This document shows, piece by piece, positions 50,540-64,000 of a stretch of DNA of 64,000 nt; the first letter of the stretch is position 1, and the number at the start of each line of letters is the position of its first letter. The notes under the pieces were generated by a model that saw only the letters and a list, made by a program, of their open reading frames with translations, did not search any database and was not told the origin of the DNA. The translations under genes were made by a program, and so were the position numbers. This DNA comes from Pristiophorus japonicus (Eukaryota). The stretch is taken from assembly GCF_044704955.1 (NCBI RefSeq), contig NW_027254113.1, positions 496,001-560,000 on the forward strand, given 5' to 3'.

Positions 50540-52375
50540 AAAGAGGGAGAAGATAGACTGAGAGTAAACTGACAAGGAACATAAATAGTCAGAGCTTCTA
50601 CAGATATATAAAAAGGAAGAGATAGCTAAAATAAACGTTGGTCCCTGAGAGGATTAAACGGGGAAATGGCAGAGACTTTAAACAAATATTTTGTGTGGTC
50701 TTCACGGTGGAAGACACTAAAAGCATCCCAATAATAATAGATAATCAAGGGCTCACAGGGAGCGAGGAACTTAAAACAATCACTATCACTGGAGAAAAAG
50801 TACTCGACAAACTATTGGGACTAAAGGTGGACGTCCCCTGGACCTGATGGCCTGCATCCTGGGGTCTTAAAATAAGTGGCTGCAGAGAAAGTGGATGGAT
50901 TGGTTGTAATCTACCAAAATTCCCTGGATTCTGGTAAGGTCCCAGTGGATTGGAAAACCTCAAATGCAACACCCCTATTCAACAAGGGAGGGAGGGAGAG
51001 AGAAAGCAGGAAACTATAGAGCAGTTAGCCGAACATCTATCATTGGGAAAATGCTGGAGTCCATTATTAAAGAAATAGTAGCAGGACATTTAGAAAATTA
51101 TAATAGTCAAAAGGGTTGACAAATTTGCTGGAATTCTTTGAGGAAGTAACGAGCAGGGTGGATGAAGAGGAACCAGTAGCAGTTGTGTATTTGCATTTCC
51201 AGAAGGTATTCGATAAGGTGCCAGATAAAAGGTTACTGCACAATATAAGAGCTCACATGGTTGGGGGTAATATATTAGCATAGATGTAGAATTGGCGAAC
51301 TAACAGAAAACAGAGAGTCGGGATAAATGGGTCATTTTCAGGTTGGCAAACTATAACTAGTGGGGTGCCACAGGGATCAGTGCTGGGGCCTCAACTATTT
51401 ACAATCTATATTAATGACTTGGATGAAAGGACGGAGTGCACTGCAGCCAAATATGCTGCTGATACAAAGATAGGTGGGAAAGCAAGTTGTGAGGAGGACA
51501 CAAAGAATCTGCAAAGGGTTATGGACAGGCTCAGTGAGTGGGTAAAAATTTGGCAGATGGAGCATAATGTGGGAAAATGTGAGGTTGTGCACTTTGGTAG
51601 GAAGAATAAAAAAGCAAATTATTATTTAAATGGCGACTACAAAATGCTGCGGGACAGAGGGGATCTGGGGGTCCTTGTGCATGAAACACAAAAAGTTAGC
51701 ATGCAAGTACAGCAAGTAATCAGGAAGGCAAATGCAATGTTGGCCTTTATTGAAGGGGAATGGAGTATAAAAGTAGAGAAGTCTTGCTACAATTGTACAG
51801 GGTGTTCGTGAGACCACACCTGGAGTACTGCATACAGTTTTGGTCTCCTTATTTAAGGAGGGATATATTTGCATTGGAGGCAGTTCACAGAAGGTTCACG
51901 AGGTTGATTCCTGAGATGAGGGGGTTGTCTTATGAAGTAAACTTGAGCAGGTTAGGCCTGTACTCATTGGAGTTTCGAAGAATGAGAGGTGATCTTATTG
52001 AAACGTGTAAGATTCTGAGGGGGGCTTGACAGGGTAGATGCAGAGAGGATGTTTCCCCTCGTGGGGGAATCTAGAACTATGGTGCATAGTTTCAGAATAA
52101 GGGGTCGCGCATTTAAAACGGAGATGCGGAGGAATTTCTTCTCTGAGGGTCATGAATCTTTGGAATTCTCCACCCCAGAGAGCTGTGGAGGCTGAGTCAG
52201 TCAATATATTTAAAGGGGAGATAGACAGATTTTTGAATTATAACGGAGTCAAGAGTAATGGGGAGCAGGCAGGAAAGTGGAGTTGAGTTCAAGATCAGAT
52301 CAGCCATGATTTTATTGAATGTCAGAGCAGGCTCGAGGGATCAAATGGCCTACTCCTGCTCCTATTTCTTATTGT
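50540..52375 (+). mobile_element. CR1 LINE, 5'-truncated and degraded
   Basis: PQGSVLGP, RPHLEYC, 3' tail. Confidence 0.9.
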
Positions 52376-52514
52376 TTATCTGTGAAGCTTGACCTGAACG
52401 TTCAAAAATGTTACTGATTTTGAGGAATGCACAAAATATCTAAGCATTGATAAATGCATCATCTCACATCTCCAACTGAGCTAACCTGCTCTAACTATGT
52501 CAGTATTTGTGTCA

Positions 52515-52940
52515 GCTGTGACTCAGTGGGTAACACACTTGCCTCTGGGTCACAAGGTTGTGGGTTCACGTCGCACTCCAGAGACATGAACACAAAACTC
52601 TCGGCTGATGCTCCAGTGCAGTGCTGAGGGACTGCTGTACTGTCGGAGGTGCTGTCTTTTGGATAAGATGTTAAACCGAGGCCCCGTCTGCTCCCTCAGG
52701 TGGACGTAAAAGGTCCCATTGCACTATTTCAAGCAGAACAGGGGAGTTATCCCCGATGTCCAGGCCAATATTTTCCCTTAACATCAGTAAAGCAGATTAT
52801 CTGGTCATTATCACATTGTAAATTGGTTGCTGCGTTTCCTACATTACGATAGTGACTACACTTCAAAAATAACTTAATTGACTGTAAAGCCATTTGGGGC
52901 ATCTGGTGGTGGTGAAAGGTGCGAAATAAATGCAAGTCTT
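52515..52940 (+). mobile_element. DeuSINE-type SINE
   Basis: Homologous to 23480-23910. Confidence 0.75.
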
Positions 52941-53464
52941 TTTATTTTCTATGTGTCTTTTATTACTCTCCCTTCTCCCATTGTGCCTCCTTTTGTCTGC
53001 TGTCACTTCCCCACCTCCTCTTCCCCACCCAACTTTACAGTTCATTTCTTGTGTACATGGTCTCTCTCTCTCATTTCCCTCACTCTATCGCTCCCTATAA
53101 GCTGTCCATCTGCCATATCTCCCAGTTCTGATCAAATGCTCTCCCTGACCCATCACCATTTCTCCTTCCTTTATCAACAACAACAACTTTCATTTATGTA
53201 GCACCTTTAAGAACATAAGAGTTATGAACAGGAGTAGGCCATACGGCCCCTCGAGCCTGCTCCACCATTCAATATCATGACTGATCATCAACCTCAACTC
53301 CACTTTCCCGCCCGATCTCCATATCCCTTGATTCCCCGAAACGTGAAAAATGTATCTATCTCAGCCTTGAAATAACTCTGTAAAATGGCACCTGGTGCTT
53401 CACAGGAGCATTATCAGATAGAATTTGACACCGATGGTCAAAGAGGCACATTTTAAAGAGGGTT

Positions 53465-55260
53465 AAAAAGGAAAAGAGTGGCTCAAGTAAATGTTGGTCC
53501 CTTGGAGGATGAGACTGGGGAATTAATAATGGAGAACAGGGAAATGGCAGAGACGTTGAACAAATGTTTTGTATCGGTCTTCACGGTAGAAGACACTAAA
53601 AACATCCCAATAGTGGATAATCAAGGGGCTATAGGTAGGGAGGAACTTAATACAATCACTATCAGTAATGAAGTGGAACTCGGTAAAATAATGGGACTAA
53701 AGGTGGACAAGTCCCCTGGACCTGATGCCTTACATCCTAGGGTCTAAAGAGAAATGGCTGCAGAGATAGTGGATGCATTGGTTTTAATCTACCAAAATTC
53801 CCTGGATTCTGGGGAGGTCCCAGCAGATTGGAAAACCACAAATGTAACGCCCCTATTTAAAAAAGGAGGCAGACAAAAAGCAGGAAACTACAGACCAGTT
53901 TGCCTAACATCTGTCATTGGGAAAATGCTGGAGTCCATTATTAAGGAAGCAGTAATGGGACATTTGGAAAAGCATGATTCAATCAAGCAGAGTCAGCATG
54001 GTTTTATGAAAGGGAAATCATGTTTGACAAATTTGCTGGAGTACTTTGAGGATGTAACGAGCAGGGTGGATAAGGGGGAACCAGTGGATGTGGTGTATTT
54101 GGATTTCCAGAAGACATTCGATAAGGTGCCACATAAGATGTTACTGCACAAGATAAAAGCTCACTGGGTTCGGGGCAATATATTAGCATGGATAGAGGAT
54201 TGGCGAACTAACAGAAAACAGAGAGTCAGGGTAAATGGGTATTTTTCCAGTTGGCAAACAGTGATTAATGGGGTGCTGCAGGGGTCGGTGCTGGGTCCTC
54301 AACTATTAACAATTTATATTAATGCCTTGGATGAAGGGACAGAGTGTAATGTAGCCAAGTTTGCTGATGATACAAAGATGGGTGGGAAAGCAAATTGTGA
54401 GGAGGACACAAAAAATCTGCAAAGGCTCAGTGAGTGGGCAAAAATTTGGCAGATGGAGTATAATGTGGGAAACTGTGAGATTATCCACGTTGGCAGAAAT
54501 AATAGAAAAACAAATTATAATTCAAATGAAGAAAAATTGCAAAGTGCTGCAGCACAGAGAGACCTGGGGGTCCTTGTGCATGGAACACAAAAAGTTAGTA
54601 TGTAGGTACAGCAAGTAATCAGGAAGGCAAATGGAATGTTGGCCTTTATTGCAAGGGGGATAGAGTATAAAAGCAGAGAATCCTGCTACAACTGTAGATG
54701 ATATTGGTGAGGCCACACCTGGAGTACTGCGTGCAGTTTTAGTCTGCTTATTCAAGGAGGGATATACTTGCATTGGAGGCTGTCAGAGAAGGTTCACGAG
54801 GTTGATTCCGGATGTGAGGGGGTTGTCTTATGAAAATAGGTTGAATAGGTTGGGCCTATACTCATTGGAGTTCAGAAGAATGAGAGGTGATCTTATTGAA
54901 ACATATAAGATAATGAGGGGGCTCGATAAGGTGGATGCAGAGAGGATATTTGCATCCACTCATTGGGGAAACTAAAACTAAAGGACATAGTCTTAGAATA
55001 AGGGGCCACCCATTTAGAACTGAGATGGGGAGAAATTTCTTCTCTCAGAGGGTTGTAAATCTGTGAAATTCTCTGCCCCAGAGAGCTGTGGAGGCTGGGT
55101 CACTGAATATATTTAAGGTGGAGATAGACAGATTTTTGAACGATAAGGGAGTAAAGGGTTATGGGGAGCGGGCAGGGAAGTGGAGCTGGGTCTTATTGAA
55201 TGGCGGAGCAGGCTCGACTGGCCAAATGGCCCACTCCTGCTCCTATTTCTTACGTTCTTA
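53465..55260 (+). mobile_element. CR1 LINE, 5'-truncated
   Basis: KSPGPD, GNYRP, QHGF, FADD, 3' tail. Confidence 0.92.
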
Positions 55261-55264
55261 GGGT

Positions 55265-55480
55265 GTTAAAGGAGGAGGGAGAGGTTTAGGGAGGGAATTC
55301 TGGAGCTTCGGGCCTAGGCAGCTGAAGGCATGGCCACCAATGGTGGTGTGATTAAAACCAGGAATGTGCAGGAGCGAGAGATCCTGGAGGGTTGTAGGGC
55401 TGGAGGAGGTTACAGAGATAGGGAGGGGCGAGGGCACGGAGGGATTTGAAAACAAGGATGAGAATTTTTTAATTGAGCTT
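55265..55480 (-). mobile_element. L2-clade LINE 3' fragment
   Basis: TIGGHAFSCLGPKLQNSLP; homologous to 60530-60733. Confidence 0.75.
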
Positions 55481-55494
55481 CGTGCCCAGTCGTC

Positions 55495-55735
55495 ATTTCT
55501 CCTTCCTTTACAGACGCTCCCTGACCACTCTCCATTTCTCCTTCCTTTACAGACGCTCCCTGACCACTCTCCATTTCTCCTTCCTTTACAGACGCTCCCT
55601 GACCACTCTCCATTTCTCCTTCCTTTACAGATGCTCCCTGACCACTCTCCATTTCTCCTTCCTTTACAGATGCTCCCTGACCACTCTCCATTTCTCCTTC
55701 CTTTACAGACGCTCATTCACCACTCTCCATTTCTG
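55495..55735. repeat. 39-bp minisatellite (~6 copies)
   Basis: Period 39 (55501 to 55540). Confidence 0.92.
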
Positions 55736-55779
55736 CTTCATTTTTTGAAATATTTAAAGATTTTAATAAATCTTTGAAG

Positions 55780-56420
55780 GTCACAGGACAGGTTAACAAA
55801 GCTGTTAATAAAGCGTAAAGGATCCTGGGCTTTATAAATCGAGGCACAGAGTACTAAAGCCGGGAAGTTATGCTAAAGCTATACAAAACACTAGCTCGAG
55901 CCCAGCTGGAGGATTGGGTCCAATTCTGGGCACACTTCAGGAAGGACACAAAGGCTTTGGAGAGGGGACAGAAGAGACTTACTGGAATGGTGCCAGGGAT
56001 GAGGAACTTCATTTATGTGGAGACTGGAGAAGCTGGGATTGTTCTCCTTGGAGCAGAGAAGGCTAAGACGAGATTTGATAGAGGTGATAAAAATCATGAT
56101 TAGATAGAATAATTCTATCGGCTGATAACCAGAGGGCACAGATTTAAGGCGATTGGCAAAAACAGAGGTCACATGAGGAAAACCATTTTCACACAAGGAG
56201 TGGTTAGGGTTTGGAATGCACTGCCTGACGTAGCGGTGGAGACAGAGTCAATAGTGGCCTTCAAAAGTGAACTGGACAAAGACTTGAAGCAGAACGATAT
56301 TGCAGGGATTTGGGGAATGAGCAGGGGAAGTGGGATAACCGGATTGCTCCCCAAAAGTATTGGCGCAGACTCGATGGGCCGAATGGCCCACTACTGTGCT
56401 GTAATATTCTGTGATTCTAG
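55780..56420 (+). mobile_element. Old CR1 3' fragment
   Basis: LYKTLARAQLE, FTQGVVRVWNALP. Confidence 0.8.
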
Positions 56421-56589
56421 AATTCTTTACAGACGCTCCCTGCTCAGTCACCATCGCTCCTTCATTTACAGACGCTCCCTGGTCCATTACTGTTTCTCGT
56501 TGATTTACAGACACTCCCTGAGAGTTTGACGCAGACACAGCGCATGCACTGACCGCTCCTTCTGGCTGGAGCGGACCCAGGACCCGGCA

Positions 56590-57035
56590 GGCAGGGGGAG
56601 AATGTTCCCCGGTTTATATCCCCCCCGCCTAGGTGTGGGGAGAATGTTCCCTGGTTTATATCCCCCACGGTGTGGGGAGAATGTTCCCCGGTTTATATCC
56701 CTCCTCCCGGTGTGGGGAGAATGTTCCCTGGTTTATATCCCCCGGTGTGGGGAGAATGTTCCCCGGTTTATATCCCCCCCCCCCCCCGGTGTGGAGAGAA
56801 TGTTCCCCGGTTTAAATCCCCCCCCCCCGGTGTGGGGAGAATGTTCCCCGGTTTATATCCCCCCCCCCCCCCGGTGTGGGGAGAATGTTCCCCGGTTTAT
56901 ATCCTCCCCCCCGGTGTGGGGAGAATGTTCCCCGGTTTATATCCCCCCCCTCCCGGTGTGGGGAGAATGTTCCCCGGTTTATATCCCCCCCACCGATGTG
57001 GGGAGAATGTTCCCCGGTTTATATTCCTCTCCCCG
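56590..57035. repeat. ~40-bp minisatellite with variable C-run
   Basis: GGTGTGGGGAGAATGTTCCCCGGTTTATAT(C)n, about 11 copies. Confidence 0.92.
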
Positions 57036-57690
57036 GGAGATTTGGGTGACCTTGTGCAAGAAACACAGAAAGCGAGCATGCAGGTACAGCAAGCAGTAAG
57101 GGGGTGGAGTATAAGAGTCAGGATCTATTGCTACAATTGTACAGGGCCTTCGTGAGACCACACCTGGAGTACTGGGCGGTTTCGGTCTCCTTATCTAAGG
57201 AAAGATATACTTGTCTTGGACATGGTGCAATCGAGGTTCACAAGATTGATTCCTGGGATGAGAGAGCTGTCTTACGATGAGAGATTGTGTAGAATGGACC
57301 GATACTCTCTGGAGTTTAGACGAATGAGAGGGGATCTCATTGAAACATACAAGATTCTGAAGGGTATTGACAGGGTAGATGCCGAGAGCTCGATTCCCCC
57401 GGGCTGGAGTGACTAGAACTTGGGGGCTCAAGATAAGGGGGAGGCCATTTAAGACAGAGATGGGAAATTTCTTCAATCAGAGGGTTGTGAATCTTTGGAA
57501 TTCTCTGCCCCAGAGGGCTGTGGATGCTCAGTCTATTCAAGGCTGAGATAGATAGATATTTGGACTCTCGGGGAATCAAGGGATATGGAGATCAGGTGGG
57601 AAAGTGGAGTTGAGGGCGATGATCTTATTGAATGGCGGAGCAGGCTCGAGGGGGCGTATGACCTACTCCTGCTCCTATCTCTGATATTCT
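57036..57690 (+). mobile_element. CR1 3' fragment
   Basis: YSLEFRRMRGDLIETYKIL and 3' tail. Confidence 0.88.
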
Positions 57691-57719
57691 AATATTGACA
57701 TCTAAGGGACTCTAGATTT

Positions 57720-59400
57720 ATTAGTCCCACCCTTTATCTTAAGGGAACATACTTGCTCTGAACCCTCGCTATCTCCTCCTTGAATGCCTCCCACTGCTCT
57801 GACACTAATTTACCTTCAAGTAGCTGTTTCCAGTCCACTTTGGTTAAATCACATCTCTGCTTAGTAAAATTAGCTTTACCCGAATTGAGAACTTTTGTTC
57901 CTGGTCCATCTTTGTCCTTTTCCATAACGACCCTAAATCTAACTGAATTATGATCACCAGCACCAAAATACTCTCCCACTGATACCCCTTCCACCTGCCC
58001 AAGCTTCATTCATTAAACCGAAGTCCAGAACCACCCCCTCTCTTGTTGGGCTTGCTACGTAATGGCTAAAAAAGTTCTCCTGAATGCATTTTAAGAATTC
58101 TGCTCCTTCTATATCTTTCATACTAATTCTATCCCAGTTAATATTTGGGTCGTTGAAATCCCCGACTATTACTGCCCTATTATTTTTTGCACGTATCAGA
58201 AATGTGCCGACATCTTTGCTCTTCTGTCTTCCTCTGACTGTTTGGGGGTCTATAGTACATCCCCAGCAGTGTGATCGCCCCTTTTTTGTTCTTCACTTCT
58301 CCCATGTGGCCTCATTTGATGATCCTTCGAACATATCATCCCTCTCCACAGCTGGAATTGTTTCTTTAATCAACACTGCGATGCGCCCGCCTTTTTTTAT
58401 CCCCGTCTCTATCTCGTCTTAAAACCCTGTAACCAGGAATGTTGAGCTGCCATTCCTGCAGTTCTTTTAGCCGTGTTTCACTAATAGTTACAATATCATA
58501 CCCGCACATGTCTGTCTGTGCCCTCAGCTTATCTGCCTTAATCCCGAGACTCCTTGCACTGGCATTGAAGTATTTCTAGATTGATTCCTGGGATGAGAGG
58601 GCTGTCTTATGATGAGAGTTTGTGTAGAATGGGCCTATACTCTCTGGAGTTTAGACGAATGAGAGGTGATCTCACTGAAACACACTGGCACTGGCATTTA
58701 GCGCTGCCAAACTCCCTTATTGTCTATTTTCTAGCCTTTGTTTCCTCTGCCTTCCAAACACTAGCAAAACCCCAGTGAGGATATTGTCCGGTCCTGTTGA
58801 GGTGCAACCTGTCCGGCTTGTACTGGTCCCACCTCCCCCAGAAACGCTCCCAATGCCTCAGGAATCTAAAGCCCTCCCTCCTGCACCAAACTCCAGCCAT
58901 GCATTCATCTGCTCTATCCTCTTATTTCTGTACTCACCAGCACGTGGCACCAGGAGTAATCCGGACATTACTACCTTTGAGGTCCTGTTTTTTTAATCTC
59001 TTTCCTAGCTCCCTAAAACCTGCCAGCAGGATCTCATCCCTCTTTCTACCTATGTCATTGGTCCCGATATGGACCACAACCTCTGGATGTTCATCCTCCC
59101 CCCTCAACAATGTCCTGCAGCCGCTCAGTGACATTCTTGACCCTGGCACCAGGGAGGCAACATACCATCCTGGCATCATGTCTGTGCCTGCAGAAGCGCT
59201 TGTTTGTTCCCCTAACTATCAAATCCACCACCACTATTGCTCTTCCACTCTTCTTCCTCCCCGCCCTGTGCAGCTGAGCCACCCACGGTGTCGTGGACAT
59301 GGTTCTGGCTGTACTCCCCAGAGAAACCATCGCCCTCATCAGTATCCAGAACTGAAAACCGGTTAGCGAGCGAGATGCACTCAGGGGACTCCTGTCCTAC
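57720..59400 (-). mobile_element. CR1 fragment: ORF1 esterase region and ORF2 endonuclease
   Basis: SGNH-esterase motifs RMVCCLPGARV and PEVVVHIGTNDIG; endonuclease GDHNSVRF. Confidence 0.85.
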
Positions 59401-60219
59401 TCTTGCCCCATAACGCAGAAAATTTTTTCAACCCATGTTTATTTCTTTCGAAAGTTACAAGTGAATCTGCTTCCACCACCCGAACAGGCAGTGCGTTCCA
59501 GGCCAGAACATCTCGCTGCTTCATTAGTCCCCTCATGTAGCATCTGGTTCATTTACCAATCACATTCAATCTGTGCCTCTGGTCACTGAACTTTCTGACA
59601 CTAAGATTTGTTTCTCCTTATTAAGAGGATTGGCGGGCTCGAGGAGGTTACAGAGATAGGGAGGGGCGAGGCCTTGGAGGGATTTGAACAAGAGGATGAG
59701 AATTTTAAAGCCTGAAGCCACCAGCCGTCTCCCCCAGTGCAGAATGTGACTCACTGCTAACAGAAAGGATTTTTGTTTACTTACAAAAGATGCATAATGG
59801 AGGGAAATCAATCTCTGTATCTTTAACTAACAGCGACATGGGGGAAATGAATGACCTTTAAACACCTGGTTCACTTGGCACTGAAATGTCTGAAACTCAT
59901 AATAGGAACACCAGGGAAACAAAATACTGACAAATGTTAAACTGTTTTGCTGACAAAAGAAATCTCGATTTAACTTTAAAATATGAATAGTTTAACAGGG
60001 GTTCACACAGACTCACCTGACAGGCCGACTCAGGATCCACCCCTCAAGCACCGCGATTGGTTGCAGAACACGCTGCTCCCTGGGCCCTCCGGCCTCTGAC
60101 CTCTCTTCCTGGGAAGAGCAGGGAAGTGGAACTAACTGGCTAGCTCTTCCATAGAGCCAGCACAGGCACGATGGGCCGAATGGCCTCCTGCGCTTTGATT
60201 TTATGAAAATGGCGGATGA

Positions 60220-60733
60220 TCTTATCCAGAATGCTGCGACCACATATCCCCAGAAAACCAAGACCGCCTATTTCCACCTGTGTAATATCGGCCGTCTCCA
60301 TCCCTGCCTCAGCTCACCCTCTGCTGAAACCCTCATCCATTCCTCAGTTACCACTAGACTTGACTATTCCAACACACTCCTGGCTGGCCTCCCACATTCT
60401 ACCCCACGTAATCTTCACCTCATCTAAAACTCGGCTCCCCATGTCCTAACTCGCATCAAGTCTCGTTCACCCATCACCCCCTGTGCTCACTGACCTACAT
60501 TGGCTCCCGGTTAAGCAACGCTTCGATTTCAAAATTCTCATCCTGGTTTACAAATCCCTCCATGGCCTCGCCCCTCCCTATCTCTGTAATCTCCTCCAGC
60601 CCCACAACCCCCAGAGATGTCTGCGCCCCTCTAATTCTGCCCTCCTGAGCATCCCTGATTATAATCGCTCCACCATTGGTGGCCTTGTCTTCTGTTGCCG
60701 AGGCCCCAAGCTCTGGAACTCCCTCCCGAAACC
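60220..60733 (+). mobile_element. L2-clade LINE 3' fragment
   Basis: RLDYSNTLLAGLP; LHWLPVKQRFDFKIL; HGLAPPYL. Confidence 0.88.
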
Positions 60734-61015
60734 TCTGACTCTGGCTGGGTTCAGTTCTACACTCACTGGTTCCCCTCCCCTGAAGGTACTGACTCTGGCT
60801 GGGTTCAGTTCTACACTCACTGGTTCCCCTCCCCTGAAGGTGCTGACTCTGGCTGGGTTCAGTTCTACACTCACTGGTTCCCCTCCCCTGAATGTACTGA
60901 CTCTGGCTGGGTTCAGTTCTACACTCACTGGTTCCCCTCCCCTGAAGGTACTGACTCTGGCTGGGTTCAGTTCTACACTCACTGGTTCCCCTCCCCTGAA
61001 GGTACTGACTCTGGG
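60734..61015. repeat. 54-bp satellite (5 copies)
   Basis: Period 54 (60737 to 60791). Confidence 0.95.
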
Positions 61016-61370
61016 TGTCTGTGCTCCCGTCACCTCTTTATACACTCTGACCCTCCCTATTTATCTGTAATATCTCCCTATTTTGGTGATGGGCTCTCCC
61101 TGACCACTCACTCCCTGACTCTCACCATTTCAGGGAATCATATGGCACAGAATGAGGCCATTCGGCCCATCGAGCCTGTCCGACTCACTGAAAGACCCAC
61201 TCCCTGCACCTGCCCCAAAACACCAGAAAATGTTCCCTTTGACCATTGCTGGTTTTGAAAGTTATTATTGATGTCCCAGAATTGAGGCCAACCCTCAATA
61301 TCTGAGTCTAACTAGTGAGTGATAAAGGTTGACCAGAACTTGCTTGTTGTACTCTGTACTGCTATTAGTT

Positions 61371-61740
61371 CGGGGCCCCCGGGGAGGTGGGCTCTGGGCC
61401 CGTGCGGGGCCCCCGGGGAGGTGGGCTCTGGGCCCGTGCGGGGCCCCCGGGGAGGTGGGCTCTGGGCCCGTGCGGGGCCCCCGGGGAGGTGGGCTCTGGG
61501 CCCGTGCGGGGCCCCCGTGGAGGTGGGCTCTGGGCCCGTGCGGGGCCCCCGGGGAGGTGGGCTCTGGGCCCGTGCGGGGCCCCCGGGGAGGTGGGCTCTG
61601 GGCCCGAGCGGGGCCCCCGGGGAGGTGGGCTCTGGGCCCGAGCGGGGACCCCGGGGAGGTGGGCTCTGGGCCCGTGCGGGGACCCCGGGGAGGTGGGCTC
61701 TGGGCCCGTGCGGGGCCCCCGGGGAGGTGGGCTCTGGGGG
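61371..61740. repeat. 34-bp GC-rich minisatellite (~11 copies)
   Basis: CGGGGCCCCCGGGGAGGTGGGCTCTGGGCCCGTG. Confidence 0.95.
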
Positions 61741-62465
61741 AGATTAGATTGTTAAACACACCCTGTCCACACAATGGGAAAGTGTTTGAGGAACAAGTAT
61801 TTCTGGAGAGACTTTTAACCCATTGAACATTTACAGATTTTTTAAATTGTTCCGGGCTGTGGCCGTCGCTGCCAAGGCCGGCATTTATTGGCCATTCCTA
61901 ATTACACTGGAGAAGGTGGTGGGGAGTCACCTACTTGAACCGCTGCAGTCCGTGTGGGGAATGTACTCCCACAGTGCTGTTAGGGAGCCAGTTCCAGGAT
62001 TTTGACCCAGTGACGATGAAGGAACGGCGATATATGACCAAGTCCGGATGGTGTGTGACTTGGAGGGGAACTTGCAGATGATGGTGTTCCCATTCACCTG
62101 CTGCCCTTTTCCTTCTGGGTGGTAAAAGCTGTGGGACAGGTTGGATGGCAGGTTCCCTTCCATCAGAACATAAGGATTGGGAGCAGGAGTCAGCCATATG
62201 GTCCTTCGAGCCTTCTCCGCCGGTCAATACGACCATGGCTGATCTTCAACCTCAACTTGACTCTCCTGACGATCCCCATATCGCTGAAGGACATTAGTGC
62301 GCCAGTTGGGATTTTAGTGACAATCCGGCAGCTTTCATGGTCACTGTTTTTCTAGAGCCTGCCCCACAAATTCCCCGATTTATTAAACTCAATTTTACAA
62401 CAAGCCTTTGTGTTTTTCTGGGTTCTCTCTCACTCCCTTTTATTTGTTTTATATTCATTTTACAG

Positions 62466-63455
<990 letters not shown>

Positions 63456-63520
63456 CTGCAGGGTTTGGATTCTGCTGTTATTGCTGCTGTTAATCACATC
63501 CAGGACTGAACCATGTTCAT

Positions 63521-63670
63521 TCCACCGCTGGAAGAGACACTGTGCAGCAGATTTAAAGGGACCGCTCACCAACTCCCACCGCTGGAAGAGACACCGTGCA
63601 GCAGATTTAAAGGGACCGCTCACCAACTCCCACCGCTGGAAGAGACACCGTGCAGCAGATTTAAAGGGAC
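63521..63670. repeat. 54-bp tandem triplication
   Basis: CCACCGCTGGAAGAGACACCGTGCAGCAGATTTAAAGGGACCGCTCACCAACTC, about 3 copies. Confidence 0.9.
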
Positions 63671-64000
63671 TTCGCACATTGGTGAGAACAAAGTGATAAA
63701 TTGGTAAATTTGAAACAGTCCCACTCTTGGGGCCCAAATTTGACCAGTAGAGATTTCTGGCGAACTCACCAGAGGTCGCCGCTTTTCTACACCGATTAGG
63801 GCGCCAAAAATCTTCAGGCCGAGTTTGGCCGCTCCCCAGCCTCGCCTCGATGGAGGCGGAGCCAGGTCCCGGAGCTGAAAACAGTGCCGGGACCTCTGCA
63901 CATGCACGCTAGAGTGTGCACGCATGTGCAGTAGCTCCTCGCCCCCAGAATCTCTGCGTGTGCTCTGCAGGCTGTGTGGGAGGGGCCCGAAGCACACCGC

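Noticed and set aside
63730-64000. Possible DNA-transposon/MITE end (GGGCCCAAATT)
   Set aside because: Cut by the window edge; no partner TIR or TSD visible

Overview
Vertebrate genomic DNA from a cartilaginous fish (shark-type IgM, DeuSINE and CR1 content). The first 4.5 kb is the 3' end of an IgM heavy-chain cluster: end of CH3, CH4 plus secretory tail, and TM1/TM2. TM1 carries a +1 frameshift, so only the secreted form is intact as sequenced. The remaining ~59 kb is repeat-dense and has no intact host gene. It holds: a class III (ERV-S/L-like) provirus (7923-14274) with discordant flanks; a truncated Mag/Ty3-gypsy element; an epsilon-like provirus (37348-47274) with a 2H-phosphoesterase insert in pol and a gamma-type env; many nested CR1, L2 and RTE LINE and SINE fragments; several minisatellite families; and four decayed C2H2 zinc-finger cassettes of shared architecture. 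The least explained block is 34.1-49.0 kb. After removing the epsilon-like provirus, it contains two tandem, paralogous, decayed fusion-glycoprotein-like genes on the minus strand, bracketed by a diverged ~330-bp direct repeat, with no gag or pol between the repeats. All protein family calls come from motif recognition by eye; no searches were run.
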